DNA from: Candidatus Omnitrophota bacterium | GTDB taxonomy: Bacteria > Omnitrophota > Omnitrophia > Omnitrophales > JACROU01 | Direction of reading: 5' to 3' | Assembly (NCBI GenBank): GCA_016214265.1 | Contig: JACROU010000045.1 | Location: 1,072 to 65,071, forward strand | DNA: 64,000 bases | In this document: positions 41,921 to 51,646 of the stretch, piece after piece | Numbering within the stretch: the first letter of the stretch is position 1 | How the letters are laid out: the number at the start of each line of letters is the position of its first letter | Notes under the pieces: model-generated | Databases searched by the model: none | What the model saw: only the letters and a program-made list of their open reading frames with translations | What the model was told of the DNA's origin: nothing | Translations under genes and position numbers: made by a program

Positions 41921-42187
41921 ATCTAATTTCTCCTTCTGTGATGTAACACTTCCGATGCAACCCCCTCTTGGTCTGTTCTAACTATTCAACGAATTAGTAA
42001 ATACAATCCCCCCACCTTTTTTAAAAGTAAATTTACTCACGCCCACTGTGAAAGGTCACATGGTTTACAGCAAAACTGTCGGATTGAAATTCTAGGTCAG
42101 ATTATGCAGCTTTGGGACGGGAAATTGAAATGAATCTCGAAGGAAAATCGAAAACTACCGCGGTTTATAATCACAAAAAAAGAGGGA

Positions 42188-42481
42188 TCAAGCCGCATGC
42201 AAAGCCTCAAGCACAGCCTCCGGTTTTGATTCAGCAACGCGAAGTAATGCAATCGCGGCTCCTTCAGGATAAGTTCTTCCCTGTTCCCAATTACGTAAGG
42301 TGGCAAGACTGACACAAAGCATCTGGGCAAATTTTGATTGTGATAATCCTAACCTGGTACGAATTTCTTTAACCTTAACCGGTTCAAAATGAAAGACTCG
42401 GCTTGGTTTGCGCTTTCCCCTATGAATGGCTCGTGCCTGATCAATGCTTTTCAATAATTCCTGAAAATCTTTGCTCTTCAT
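42188..42481 (-). CDS. XRE-family HTH antitoxin (HigA-like)
   Basis: IRTRLGLSQSKFA..VS.ATLRNWEQGR..P; lies downstream of the toxin. Confidence 0.88.
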   Translation of the reverse strand: MKSKDFQELLKSIDQARAIHRGKRKPSRVFHFEPVKVKEIRTRLGLSQSKFAQMLCVSLATLRNWEQGRTYPEGAAIALLRVAESKPEAVLEALHAA

Positions 42482-42792
42482 AAAATACCTTCTTTCACAT
42501 ATCGAGCAAGAACCTTTAACTGTTCCGAAGATAAATCTTCCTGCTTTGATTTCTTAAATAGATAAATCATGTAGATTCGCCTGTTATTTATCAAATAGTA
42601 AATAACTCGCAATCCGCCTCTCTTGCCTTTCCCGCCCCCAGCCCATCTCAATTTTCTCAATCCCATTCCGCGCGGAATCAAATCGCCAGCGGAAGGATTT
42701 TCAACCAACAGCGCTTGCAGATAACAATATTCTTCGTCACTTAACATCTTCACAACACGTTTCGTGAAGATATCCGTTTCAATAAACTCCAT
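42478..42792 (-). CDS. RelE/HigB-family toxin
   Basis: FIETDIF, P.AGDLI...GLRKLRW...KGKRGGLRVIYY, K...EDL. Confidence 0.9.
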   Translation of the reverse strand: MEFIETDIFTKRVVKMLSDEEYCYLQALLVENPSAGDLIPRGMGLRKLRWAGGGKGKRGGLRVIYYLINNRRIYMIYLFKKSKQEDLSSEQLKVLARYVKEGIL

Positions 42793-42810
42793 GGAGTCCT
42801 ATCCACTTGA

Positions 42811-42839
42811 ATACTACGCTAATAGCGTACTATTGTCAA
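42811..42839 (-). promoter_or_regulatory. sigma70 promoter of the TA operon with a palindromic operator
   Basis: TTGACA-N17-TAGTAT; TACGCTA-N-TAGCGTA palindrome (42815-42829) in the spacer, overlapping the -10. Confidence 0.8.
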
Positions 42840-42868
42840 GTCGCCACATTGGGCCCAAAATTAATCAC

Positions 42869-42903
42869 AAAAAAAGGGACGGCTGCGTTGACACAACCGT
42901 CCC
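42869..42903 (-). terminator. Intrinsic terminator after comEA
   Basis: GGGACGGTTG..CAGCCGTCCC stem followed by T7 on the minus strand. Confidence 0.8.
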
Positions 42904-42928
42904 ATCCCGGAAATACCCTTTTTAGTTT

Positions 42929-43255
42929 TTAGACAGTCACCTGCTCTTTGATCCGCTCAAACTTAACCGGACCAATACCCTTCACATTCACCAGCTCTTC
43001 AGGCTTTTGAAAGCGGCCATGCTCGGTGCGATAAGCGATCACGCGCTCCGCCATTTTTGGCCCGATGCCTTTGATCTGTTGAAGCGCGGCGGAGTCCGCC
43101 GTGTTCAGGTTAATGACGGCTAACTGCTGTGTGCTTGTAGCGGCTGTAGCCGGTTGGGACGGTTTTCCAGCCAGAACCGGGCTGACGGGAGACAATAATC
43201 CCAACAGCGCCACGATAGCGGCAAAAGAAAACCACTGCATTTTAATTGACTTCAT
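42929..43255 (-). CDS. comEA: ComEA-like helix-hairpin-helix DNA-binding protein
   Basis: Signal peptide; INLNTA..L..IKGIGP.MAE..I.YR..G.F..EL..VKGIG. Confidence 0.9.
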   Translation of the reverse strand: MKSIKMQWFSFAAIVALLGLLSPVSPVLAGKPSQPATAATSTQQLAVINLNTADSAALQQIKGIGPKMAERVIAYRTEHGRFQKPEELVNVKGIGPVKFERIKEQVTV

Positions 43256-43436
43256 TGTTGCTTCTCCTTCGCTTCTTAATTCAAACCCTTTCGGATTTGT
43301 GAAAACAGGATATGATGATTATTCATATTTGTCAATTACTATTTTCATTTTATTTATATTAATATTTGCACTATTTTCAATGACAAAATAACAATCCATG
43401 GTTTATACTGTTTTACATAACCTGGAGGTATTTACT

Positions 43437-43988
43437 ATGATTCAAATTGGCGAACGCATTCGCAATGTCCGCAGAGAAAAAGATATCACGTTGATCGAGC
43501 TGGCGCGTCTTACGGGCGTCGCCCAGGCCACCCTCTCCCGCATCGAAACCGGAGACATGATCGGCACTGTCGAGTGTCATCAAAAAGTAGCCAACGCGCT
43601 GGGCATGAGCCTGAGCGAACTTTACGAAGGCATTGATGAGAGAACATCCAAAACGCATCACGCAAAAAAAACCGATGGCCATTTAACCTCTGCCCAAACC
43701 GAACGGGTCAAAATTGAACTGCGCACATCAAAAGCACTTAAGAAAAAATTGCTTCCGTTGGTTATCACGTTGAAGGGCAACGCAGAAACAGAAGAAGAAC
43801 GTGCGGAAAAATCAGTGGAAAAATTTATTTATGTGATTGATGGGGATATTATTGTTCATCTAAACAAACAGGATCATCCGCTAAAGCAGGATGAAAGTAT
43901 ATATTTTGACGGCTCATTGCCTCACATCATTATTAACAAGTCGTCAAAAACGGCAAAAATTATTTCAATCGCTTCCCCGCCGGCTTAA
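43437..43988 (+). CDS. XRE-HTH plus cupin transcriptional regulator
   Basis: IGERIRNVR..TL.ELA..TGV..ATLSRIETG; C-terminal EKFIYVIDG..ESIYFDGSLPH; GGAGG before ATG 43437. Confidence 0.88.
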   Translation: MIQIGERIRNVRREKDITLIELARLTGVAQATLSRIETGDMIGTVECHQKVANALGMSLSELYEGIDERTSKTHHAKKTDGHLTSAQTERVKIELRTSKALKKKLLPLVITLKGNAETEEERAEKSVEKFIYVIDGDIIVHLNKQDHPLKQDESIYFDGSLPHIIINKSSKTAKIISIASPPA

Positions 43989-45058
43989 GCCTGAATATTT
44001 TTGTAAACTTCAATCGTTTGTTCGGCTGTTTTTTGCCATGAAAATTCTTTGGCTTTCCGCGAGCCTTTTTCAGCAAGCTCACGGCCCAAGGCAGAATTTT
44101 GGGCTAAATCTAGAATAGCTTTTGTAATTTCGGATTCAGAATAAGGATCCACAGGATAAGAACAATCTTTCCCAAGCTCGCCCAAGCTGGAATTATTCGA
44201 CGCAATTACCGGTACGCCACAAGTCATTCCTTCCACAAGCGGCAATCCAAAACCTTCATAAATTGAGACAAAAATGACGGCATGAGCCGCACTATAAATT
44301 TTCCACAGCATGTGATCCGGAACAAAACCAGTTGCGATAACATGATTTTCTAACGACAATTCTTTTATCGCCGCTTCAAATTGCTGAGTCCCCCATTCTT
44401 TGGCGCCCACAATCATTAGCTTGGGAAGATCTTTTTTCGATTTCAGCGCTTGGGCATAAGCTTTCAGTGTTCGAATCAAATTTTTCCGTGGCTCAATGGT
44501 TCCGACAAAAAGAAAATACGGATCCGATAGTCCAAGTGATTCTTTAATTTCGCGGCGCGCTTCGTCAACCGGGACACGCACGCAGCCGGGGTCCGCGGCA
44601 ATATAAATCACGGAAATCTTTTTTTCAGGAATTCGAAGATGCTTGACCAAATCTTCCCGAGTATGAAAAGCATCCACGATCAGATGATCCGCTTTTTTAT
44701 AACACCATGGCAGCCAATGTGACCAATAGGTCTGCGCCGTTTTCGACATATTTCCCGGGAAAAGATACCCGATAATATCATGGGCAGTAATGACGACTTT
44801 TTTCTTACCCTGTTTTCGAATTCCAAATCCGGGAACGTGAATCATGTTAGCGGAGCTTTTCGCGAATTGCTGCGGTAGCTGAACGGCTTCCCACCAGAAT
44901 CGTTCGTAGGTCTTTAAATCTCGACGAAGACCGTTAGAAAACTGATAAAGCCGGGGCGGTTCGGAAAGTTTTGAAAAAGCATCCAGCAAATTGAGTGTAT
45001 ATCTTGGAATGCCCGTCAGTTTTCCGAGCGTGCATTGAATATCAAAACCAATTTCCAT
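43985..45058 (-). CDS. Glycosyltransferase family 4
   Basis: TGIPRY, TAHD, FVGTIEPRKN, SIYEGFGLPLVEGMTCG; start uncertain (45058 or 45112). Confidence 0.9.
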   Translation of the reverse strand: MEIGFDIQCTLGKLTGIPRYTLNLLDAFSKLSEPPRLYQFSNGLRRDLKTYERFWWEAVQLPQQFAKSSANMIHVPGFGIRKQGKKKVVITAHDIIGYLFPGNMSKTAQTYWSHWLPWCYKKADHLIVDAFHTREDLVKHLRIPEKKISVIYIAADPGCVRVPVDEARREIKESLGLSDPYFLFVGTIEPRKNLIRTLKAYAQALKSKKDLPKLMIVGAKEWGTQQFEAAIKELSLENHVIATGFVPDHMLWKIYSAAHAVIFVSIYEGFGLPLVEGMTCGVPVIASNNSSLGELGKDCSYPVDPYSESEITKAILDLAQNSALGRELAEKGSRKAKEFSWQKTAEQTIEVYKNIQA

Positions 45059-45207
45059 AAATTTCGAACAATCCTCCGAATAAAAAAACTCATTATACAG
45101 ATCCCGCTCCATTATTCAAAAGCATTGCTTGACCAGACCATTTCATTTATCATTTTCCCGATGTTTCACCAATATGATAACCATTAATTCTAGGGAGCTA
45201 GCTAAAC

Positions 45208-45741
45208 ATGACACGTAAAATATTTTGTTTAATCACAGTGCTTTTTCTTTCCTTAATTACCTCCAACCTGTTGGCGGATTCTGCCAAATCCGTTGCGGGC
45301 GTTACCTTTTCCGCTCCGTCCGCCTGGAAAGAAACCCAGCCCTCCTCCAGCATGCGCACCTATCAATTTGATATCCCGGGAAAAGCCAACCAAAACGCCG
45401 AACTGGCCGTTTTTTATTTTGGTCAAGGACAAGGCGGAAACATTCAGGGAAATATTGAACGTTGGAAAGGTCAATTTACGAAACTCGATAGCGAACAAAC
45501 CAATCCCAAAACTATCAATGACCTTAAGGTTACCGAAGTATTGTTTCAGGGAACTTATCAACTGTCCGGCGGACCAATGATGATGGCACAAGGCGACCCC
45601 GTAAAAGATTATGCGCTTTTGGGAGCGATCATCGAAGCGCCTCAGGGTGTCGTCTTTTTGAAAATGATCGGCCCGAAAGACACCGTCAATAGCTCAAAAT
45701 CAGATTTTGAAGCGCTGCTCAATGGATTGAAAAAAGCGTAA
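45208..45741 (+). CDS. Exported hypothetical protein
   Basis: Signal peptide; P.AW....SSMR, GG....NIERWKGQF, FLKMIGP. Confidence 0.75.
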   Translation: MTRKIFCLITVLFLSLITSNLLADSAKSVAGVTFSAPSAWKETQPSSSMRTYQFDIPGKANQNAELAVFYFGQGQGGNIQGNIERWKGQFTKLDSEQTNPKTINDLKVTEVLFQGTYQLSGGPMMMAQGDPVKDYALLGAIIEAPQGVVFLKMIGPKDTVNSSKSDFEALLNGLKKA

Positions 45742-45746
45742 CTGTT

Positions 45747-46361
45747 TTATTCCAGCAATTCTTTGAATCGCTTTAAGCTGTAGAATGGAAAATCGATTCC
45801 ATTTTGATTGACCAGCCATTTGGGAACACTCCCGGCGGGATCGAGAAGAATTTGATAACGAACCTCAATTGCCCCCCCTTCTTGGGGGGTAAATTGCCAG
45901 AATGACTTAAAGAGCGCTATTCTGACAATATTTTCCTGAATAGGATAAATTCCCGGCGATACGGTAATCCGGTAGGAAATCGCTCCGGTTTTGGGATCCG
46001 AATCACGAACGCGGGAAGTCACCACATCCCGATCGGATACGGGCCACTGGAGTTTTTGGTGGAAATAAAAAAACTTCTCGCTCGAACCTTCCTTTTGAAT
46101 TTCCCGAAATTCTTTACAGTGATACATCCACTCGTGAACCCTTGCCGCGTCCTCATAAAGTTCAATCACGCGGTCTAACGGCGCTTTGACAGAAACAACT
46201 CCCTGAAATTCACTGACCGGTGAGCCCTCAACTTTGCGGGAAAAAATTTTGATACCGTCCTCATCTTTTTTAAGGTGCCATCCACCGGTATCATTTGCCA
46301 AAGCTGTGGCGCTCAACAAAAAAAATGCGGCGATGAAACCAAGCAATCCGAATTTAGGCAT
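45747..46361 (-). CDS. Exported START/SRPBCC lipid-binding domain protein
   Basis: Signal peptide; W.LKKDEDGIKIF, WPVSDRDVV, DPAGSVPKWLVN. Confidence 0.88.
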   Translation of the reverse strand: MPKFGLLGFIAAFFLLSATALANDTGGWHLKKDEDGIKIFSRKVEGSPVSEFQGVVSVKAPLDRVIELYEDAARVHEWMYHCKEFREIQKEGSSEKFFYFHQKLQWPVSDRDVVTSRVRDSDPKTGAISYRITVSPGIYPIQENIVRIALFKSFWQFTPQEGGAIEVRYQILLDPAGSVPKWLVNQNGIDFPFYSLKRFKELLE

Positions 46362-46363
46362 AA

Positions 46364-47167
46364 TTACGATTTTCCCACTCCGTACTTTTCTAACAGCAAC
46401 TGGGCTTCTTTATTGTCCGGGTTCATCTCCAAGGCTTTGTGAAGATAAATCCCAGTTTCTTTCAGCTTATTTTTTTTGAAATAGGTCCGGGCCAGCATGA
46501 TATATCCACTTGTCAATTTCGGATCGAGTTCGATCACTTTTTTGTAAGTCTCCTCCGCCTTTTCAAGATTCCCGCCCGCGAAAGAAGGATTAAACACAAA
46601 CATTCTGCCATAAGCGGCGAGAACCCGCGCATTATTCGGTTCCAATCTCAATGCTTTTTCAAGCAACCGTTTTGCTTTCGGACCATTTTTCATCCCGCTG
46701 GCCATACCATTAATCTTGTGCGTAAAAAGAATACTTTCAACGGTCAACACATTCGCATTTTCCTGATATTTCGAGCTGAGGGATTGGATGTAAGGAAGCC
46801 CTTCCTCCGCCAAGCGTTTTTCTTCAGATCGCAAATTTTCGGTTTGAGAATGAGAAAGCCCTTGTTGTTCACGATCGTAGCAACGAATAATATTGGCCTC
46901 TTGCTCGTAAGATTTCGCGATCAAAAATTTCAGTTCGTCGGAATTTGAGTTTTGACGAAACAGCGAAACAAGCTGAGCACGAGCCTCATTGATTTTCGCC
47001 TTGTCGTAAAGACGAACGCCGTCATTCATCAGAGTCACCGCGCTCGCGGCTTCGGCGATCGAACTGCTCTGTCCGTCGTACGGGAATTCCGCCCGGGCAG
47101 AAATGGGCTGGAGGATAGTTACACCGATCATCATGACCATCAAAAAGCGAAAAAGTTTATTTTTCAT
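46364..47167 (-). CDS. Exported TPR-repeat protein
   Basis: Signal peptide; KALRLEPNN, KKVIELDP, KALEMNPDN; P.FAGG..EKA. Confidence 0.8.
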   Translation of the reverse strand: MKNKLFRFLMVMMIGVTILQPISARAEFPYDGQSSSIAEAASAVTLMNDGVRLYDKAKINEARAQLVSLFRQNSNSDELKFLIAKSYEQEANIIRCYDREQQGLSHSQTENLRSEEKRLAEEGLPYIQSLSSKYQENANVLTVESILFTHKINGMASGMKNGPKAKRLLEKALRLEPNNARVLAAYGRMFVFNPSFAGGNLEKAEETYKKVIELDPKLTSGYIMLARTYFKKNKLKETGIYLHKALEMNPDNKEAQLLLEKYGVGKS

Positions 47168-47186
47168 AAATCTCCTTTTAACCCTG

Positions 47187-47564
47187 TTATAAATTTATCT
47201 TAGATCGCTGTGACAATGCTACCGCCACCATAATCCAGCCAATAATAAAACTCAATCCCCCGAATGGAGTAATGATCCCCAGCGCCTTCACGCCCGTCAA
47301 CGCAAGGGCGTACAAACTCCCAGAAAACAAAACAATGCCCGCGATGATGAACCAGCCGGCGGCGGAAATAAGGCTACCTTGAGTTTTCTCCTCCAGCCAC
47401 GCGATCGCAAAAAGCGCTGCCGCGTGAATGGCATGATAAAAAATCCCCGTTTGATAAATGGTCAACATCTCGTGGCTAATGCGCTGTTTCAAACTATGCG
47501 CCCCAAAAGCTCCCAGAATGACGAACAGGGCCATGAGCAGCGCGGCTCGTTGTGCGGTTTTCAT
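47187..47564 (-). CDS. DUF423 (YgdD/TMEM256) membrane protein
   Basis: LGAFGAH.L, YH..HA, GIVLFSGSLY, ITPFGG...I.GW. Confidence 0.9.
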   Translation of the reverse strand: MKTAQRAALLMALFVILGAFGAHSLKQRISHEMLTIYQTGIFYHAIHAAALFAIAWLEEKTQGSLISAAGWFIIAGIVLFSGSLYALALTGVKALGIITPFGGLSFIIGWIMVAVALSQRSKINL

Positions 47565-47565
47565 G

Positions 47566-48276
47566 TTATTCGGACTCCCTCGTTGTTATTTTTTCTGCCT
47601 CAACCAAAAATTCCGTGATATTTTTCGCCAATTCTTTTTCATGACCGATAAAAAAATGGCCGGCTCCTTCAACACATCGGATTTCTTTCGGAGACGACAT
47701 CCGATAAAACAGCTTCTCGATCTCCGCTTTTGGGCAGGCAAAATCATTCGGAGAATAAATCAATAATTTGTCTGCGGGAATTTGGAGTGCAGATTGAGGC
47801 AACTGCCATTTAGCAAGCGGAGGTGAAACAAGGATCCCTTTGGTAATTTCTTTTTTTTCAGTCAGCAATTCCAAGGCAGGAAGACAGCCGAATGAATATC
47901 CGATCACCATCATCGGACTGGCATCATTGACAACAGAGCCAAGCGCATCAAACGCCTTCCGGCAATCCTTGAAAATTTTACTTTCATATTCCGGCGAGGT
48001 CGAATTCTCCCAAAACTCACGCTGGAAATTTTCCAAATTCTTATCGGTTTGGCTTCGCCCAATTCCTCGATAATTTAACGTCATCACCACAAAATCCCGG
48101 CCGGCAAGTTCAGGCAACAGATACCGGATCACGTTATTGCGCATATCCCCACCCAGAAACGGGTGTGGCGGGCAGATCAGAATCCGCCCCCGAGGATTTT
48201 TCAGCGTATCCGAATAAACCAGCAGGCCTTCCAGCCTCAAATCATCCGAAATAATTTCTATTGTTTCTTCAATCAT
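47566..48276 (-). CDS. Alpha/beta hydrolase
   Basis: PHPFLGGDMRNNV, NYRGIGRS, GYSFG, ND, AGHFF. Confidence 0.88.
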   Translation of the reverse strand: MIEETIEIISDDLRLEGLLVYSDTLKNPRGRILICPPHPFLGGDMRNNVIRYLLPELAGRDFVVMTLNYRGIGRSQTDKNLENFQREFWENSTSPEYESKIFKDCRKAFDALGSVVNDASPMMVIGYSFGCLPALELLTEKKEITKGILVSPPLAKWQLPQSALQIPADKLLIYSPNDFACPKAEIEKLFYRMSSPKEIRCVEGAGHFFIGHEKELAKNITEFLVEAEKITTRESE

Positions 48277-48277
48277 T

Positions 48278-49585
48278 TTAGCTAGCCGGATTTTCCAAAA
48301 TTTCGTTAAACGCTCCCGTCACTTTTTTAATCAAAAATTTGATTTGAGATTCCGTAATCACAAGCGGAGGCATAAAGGTTAAAACGTTTCTGTCCTTCCC
48401 TGTTTTTCCGGCCAGAACACCCCTGTCCTTCAGCGCTTCCAAAATTCGGTCCAGATCCCGTGCCGCGGGATCCCCATTCTTCCGCCGAAGTTCAAGTCCC
48501 AGCATCAGCCCCAATCCCCGGACATCGAAAATTAGGGAATATTTCTTTTGAAGTTTGCGGCACTCTTTTTTAAGCAATGCGCCGAGCCGATTGGCGCGTT
48601 GATCCAATCGATTGGAATCCATGAAATCCAGTGTGGCTAAAGCAGCGGCCGCAGAGGTTTGAGTTCCGCCAAATGTCGAAGCTCCGGGTTTGATGTAGGA
48701 CTTCGCAATTTCATCGGTCGTGATGAACGCGCTAATCGGCAGGCCGTTTGCCAGCGCCTTACACACCGTCAAGATGTCCGGTTGAATACCAAAATGCTGA
48801 AACCCGAATTTTTTCCCGGTCCTGCAAAATCCGGTCTGCGCCTCATCGATAATCAACAACACGCCATGTTTTTTCAGAATTTTTTCGAGCCGCTCGAAAT
48901 ATTCCCGGGGCGGGACTTGAATGCCCCCGTTTCCATGAACCGATTCGGTGATCAGTGCGGCGATCCGGTTCGGATATTTATTCAATATCTTTTCAGCCTC
49001 ATCAGCGCATTTAATTTTGCAGCTAGGATACTTCAGTCCAAGCGGACACTCGTGACAGGTCGGACTTGGAATAAAATGAACATTTTCCGCAGGTTCGGGA
49101 TCCGTGCGCCAAAAAGAAATTCCAGTCACACTCGACGTCAAATAAGTCCGGCCGTGCAGTGCCTGGCGGAGCGCCATAAAATCCGTCCGCCCCGTATGCA
49201 ATTTGGCGAGCAGCATCGCCCCTTCATTGGCTTCACTGCCGCTCGTGCAAAAAAAACTGCGCCGAAGTTTCCCGGGAATAAACCGGGCCAATCGCTCAGC
49301 CAGCCGCAAAAGAGGCTCGGTAATATAAATAGTAGTCGTGTGCTGAAGATTTCGCAGCTGCTGGTAGACCGCCTTCAGAATTTTAGGATTCGAATGGCCG
49401 CAATTAACAACACCCACACCGGAATAAGCATCCAGATATTTCTTCCCGGTATCGTCGTAGAGATAAACCCCTTTGCCTTTTTTCAAAAGCATCGGGCTCT
49501 TGTAAAAATGGTAGACGCAGGGAATCAAATATTTTTTCTTCTTCTCCAAGAAGTTTTGAATGCGGCTTTTAGTGGCTGTTTTCAT
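48278..49585 (-). CDS. Class III PLP-dependent aminotransferase
   Basis: YLDAYSG..GH, SGSEANE, HGRT, DEAQTGF.RTG, PDILTVCKALANG, STFGG. Confidence 0.92.
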   Translation of the reverse strand: MKTATKSRIQNFLEKKKKYLIPCVYHFYKSPMLLKKGKGVYLYDDTGKKYLDAYSGVGVVNCGHSNPKILKAVYQQLRNLQHTTTIYITEPLLRLAERLARFIPGKLRRSFFCTSGSEANEGAMLLAKLHTGRTDFMALRQALHGRTYLTSSVTGISFWRTDPEPAENVHFIPSPTCHECPLGLKYPSCKIKCADEAEKILNKYPNRIAALITESVHGNGGIQVPPREYFERLEKILKKHGVLLIIDEAQTGFCRTGKKFGFQHFGIQPDILTVCKALANGLPISAFITTDEIAKSYIKPGASTFGGTQTSAAAALATLDFMDSNRLDQRANRLGALLKKECRKLQKKYSLIFDVRGLGLMLGLELRRKNGDPAARDLDRILEALKDRGVLAGKTGKDRNVLTFMPPLVITESQIKFLIKKVTGAFNEILENPAS

Positions 49586-51615
49586 TGCAAGATATTGAGT
49601 TTCGGTGACTCAGTGTAAGAAATGATAAGATTAGTCGGAAGCTCGGACAATGGCTCCGAAATATCCTCATTCGGATTCCCGTAAGGTCCGAGCGAAAACG
49701 GCCGAGGCGCTTCTTTTTTAAGAGAATCAAACAACGCCGCCCAGGAACTATCTGGTTTCGACTCTTCGCGGACCGTTTTCAATTTTTCACCGTATAACTC
49801 CACCAATCGCAGGAGGTACGGTGCGTCGTACAGCATCCCTTCAATTCTCAACCGTTTGATGGACGGCTGAAAAAATGATTCCAGAATATCTACCGTACAA
49901 AGATCCTTCGACATAAACACGTGATTCCGGCAATACTGATCGGCTTCCAGAAAATACAAGTCATTCAATCGGCTTCTGAGCGCATACTTAAGCCCCGTGC
50001 ATGGTCCCGAGCAGCTATCATATTTGGTCGTGCCCGTCATGTGCGCACCGATCACGCAATAATCCAGAATCATTCCCGGTACGGAACCGTGAATCAGACA
50101 TTCCATTGGCAATGCAGACTGAGAGGCAAGATTTAAAATCTGGTGCAGATTCAATTCCACGCCCGGGGTTAAAAATGAAACGCCCTCGCCCTTTAAAAAA
50201 TTTATCGCTGGCGGATTCCAAACGTTCAACGAAAAGTCCGCGTGAACGGGAACGTGGGTCAATTTCCGAACCACCTGAAGCGCCCCCAGATTGTGTACCA
50301 GATATTCATCTGGAGGACAGTCCGCAAGATCGCCGATCAGCTGCTCAATTTCCAGCAACTCCCTTTCTGTCGTGATGCGCGGGGTTTGAATGCCAATCTT
50401 CTTCCCCACTTGATGGCATTGCGTAATCAACTTTTTAAAATCGTCCCGGCTAACCGAAGTTGAAAATGGACCCGAGAACAATTCACCGCCGACATAAATC
50501 CAGTCACAGGAAGATTTCGTCAATGCCATGGCGGTTTTCAAATCGCCACAGCGCACGCTCAATTCGGGCAGAGAAACATCCACGCCCACGTTAATGGTTT
50601 CCAACAGCCGGGCTGCATCTGTCTCGGAATAAGGTTTCTCCTGAACCGCGATGGAAAAAATTCGGGGTTCCCGCTCACCATCCAAGCCTGTGGAACCGAG
50701 CCCAGGACGGGAAAAGGCATGATTGCCATCCACTTCGCGAATGGTGTGTTTTTTTAGCGCGGCCAAGTCATTAAAATCCGTTCTGTAGTGAGAAGGATTT
50801 TCATAATATCGATCGATGGCTTTCCGATATGCACTAACGATGGGCATCAGGTATTCCAATTTGCGTGCCCGGCCCTCAATCTTAAGCGATGCGATATTGG
50901 CCGCGACCAGTTCCGGTATTTGGTGAAACAGGCAAATATCTTTGCGGGCCAACACATATTTTTCTTCCACCTGGGCAAGAATCTTGGAACTGCTGCGATC
51001 CACCAAATCCCATTGCCAGCGGCAGGATTTCAAACATTTTCCTCGGTTCGAGCTCATCGACGTCGACACCCCGCTGTGAAAACATTGCGAGCTTTGAGCG
51101 ACGCACATATCACCGTGGACAAAATATTCCACCTCGAGCCCCGAACTCTGCGCAATTTCATTTGCCTGATAAACCGTAATATCCCGAGAAGTGATAATAC
51201 GGGTGACACCGTGCCGTTTCAAAATCGATGCAGAGGCACGATGATGAACATTCATCATCGTGCTGGCATGCCGGGGAATTTTGATGCCCAGCTCATTCAT
51301 TGCCTGCAGGAGTCCCAGATCGTGAAGAATCACTGCGTCGGAATTGATTTCTTCCAAAAAAGAAAAGTATTCCCTGACAGCGCCCATCTCTCCGGAAGTC
51401 AGAAGATTATTCATCGTCAAATAAACTTTCACATTTTTTCCGTGAGCATATTCAATTGCGCTTTTCAATTCACGATCTTCAAAATGAAGCCAATTCCCGT
51501 GCTGGCGCATGCTGTAGCGTTTGCCACTCAGGTAAACTGCATCGGCTCCCGCTTCAATCACGGCTTCCAAAGTTTCGCGGGTACCCGCGGGCGCTAAAAG
51601 TTCGATTTTTTTCAT
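49582..51615 (-). CDS. Tandem-domain U32-family Fe-S protein (putative O2-independent hydroxylase)
   Basis: ELLAPAG, GADAVY, HASTM, HGDMC-X6-C-X15-C-X3-C, LKIEGR; second barrel with ADFSLNVWN, EL, a Cys cluster and LRIEG. Confidence 0.88.
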   Translation of the reverse strand: MKKIELLAPAGTRETLEAVIEAGADAVYLSGKRYSMRQHGNWLHFEDRELKSAIEYAHGKNVKVYLTMNNLLTSGEMGAVREYFSFLEEINSDAVILHDLGLLQAMNELGIKIPRHASTMMNVHHRASASILKRHGVTRIITSRDITVYQANEIAQSSGLEVEYFVHGDMCVAQSSQCFHSGVSTSMSSNRGKCLKSCRWQWDLVDRSSSKILAQVEEKYVLARKDICLFHQIPELVAANIASLKIEGRARKLEYLMPIVSAYRKAIDRYYENPSHYRTDFNDLAALKKHTIREVDGNHAFSRPGLGSTGLDGEREPRIFSIAVQEKPYSETDAARLLETINVGVDVSLPELSVRCGDLKTAMALTKSSCDWIYVGGELFSGPFSTSVSRDDFKKLITQCHQVGKKIGIQTPRITTERELLEIEQLIGDLADCPPDEYLVHNLGALQVVRKLTHVPVHADFSLNVWNPPAINFLKGEGVSFLTPGVELNLHQILNLASQSALPMECLIHGSVPGMILDYCVIGAHMTGTTKYDSCSGPCTGLKYALRSRLNDLYFLEADQYCRNHVFMSKDLCTVDILESFFQPSIKRLRIEGMLYDAPYLLRLVELYGEKLKTVREESKPDSSWAALFDSLKKEAPRPFSLGPYGNPNEDISEPLSELPTNLIISYTESPKLNILQ

Positions 51616-51646
51616 TGCGATAAAACCTCGATAATCTCAAAAATCA

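Noticed and set aside
41925-42185. Possible riboswitch or small ORFs (42097..42330, 42112..42312)
   Set aside because: No recognisable aptamer; the ORFs overlap the antitoxin gene and lack support.
48659-51597. Plus-strand ORFs of 319 aa and 269 aa
   Set aside because: Antisense to the aminotransferase and U32 genes, with no motifs.
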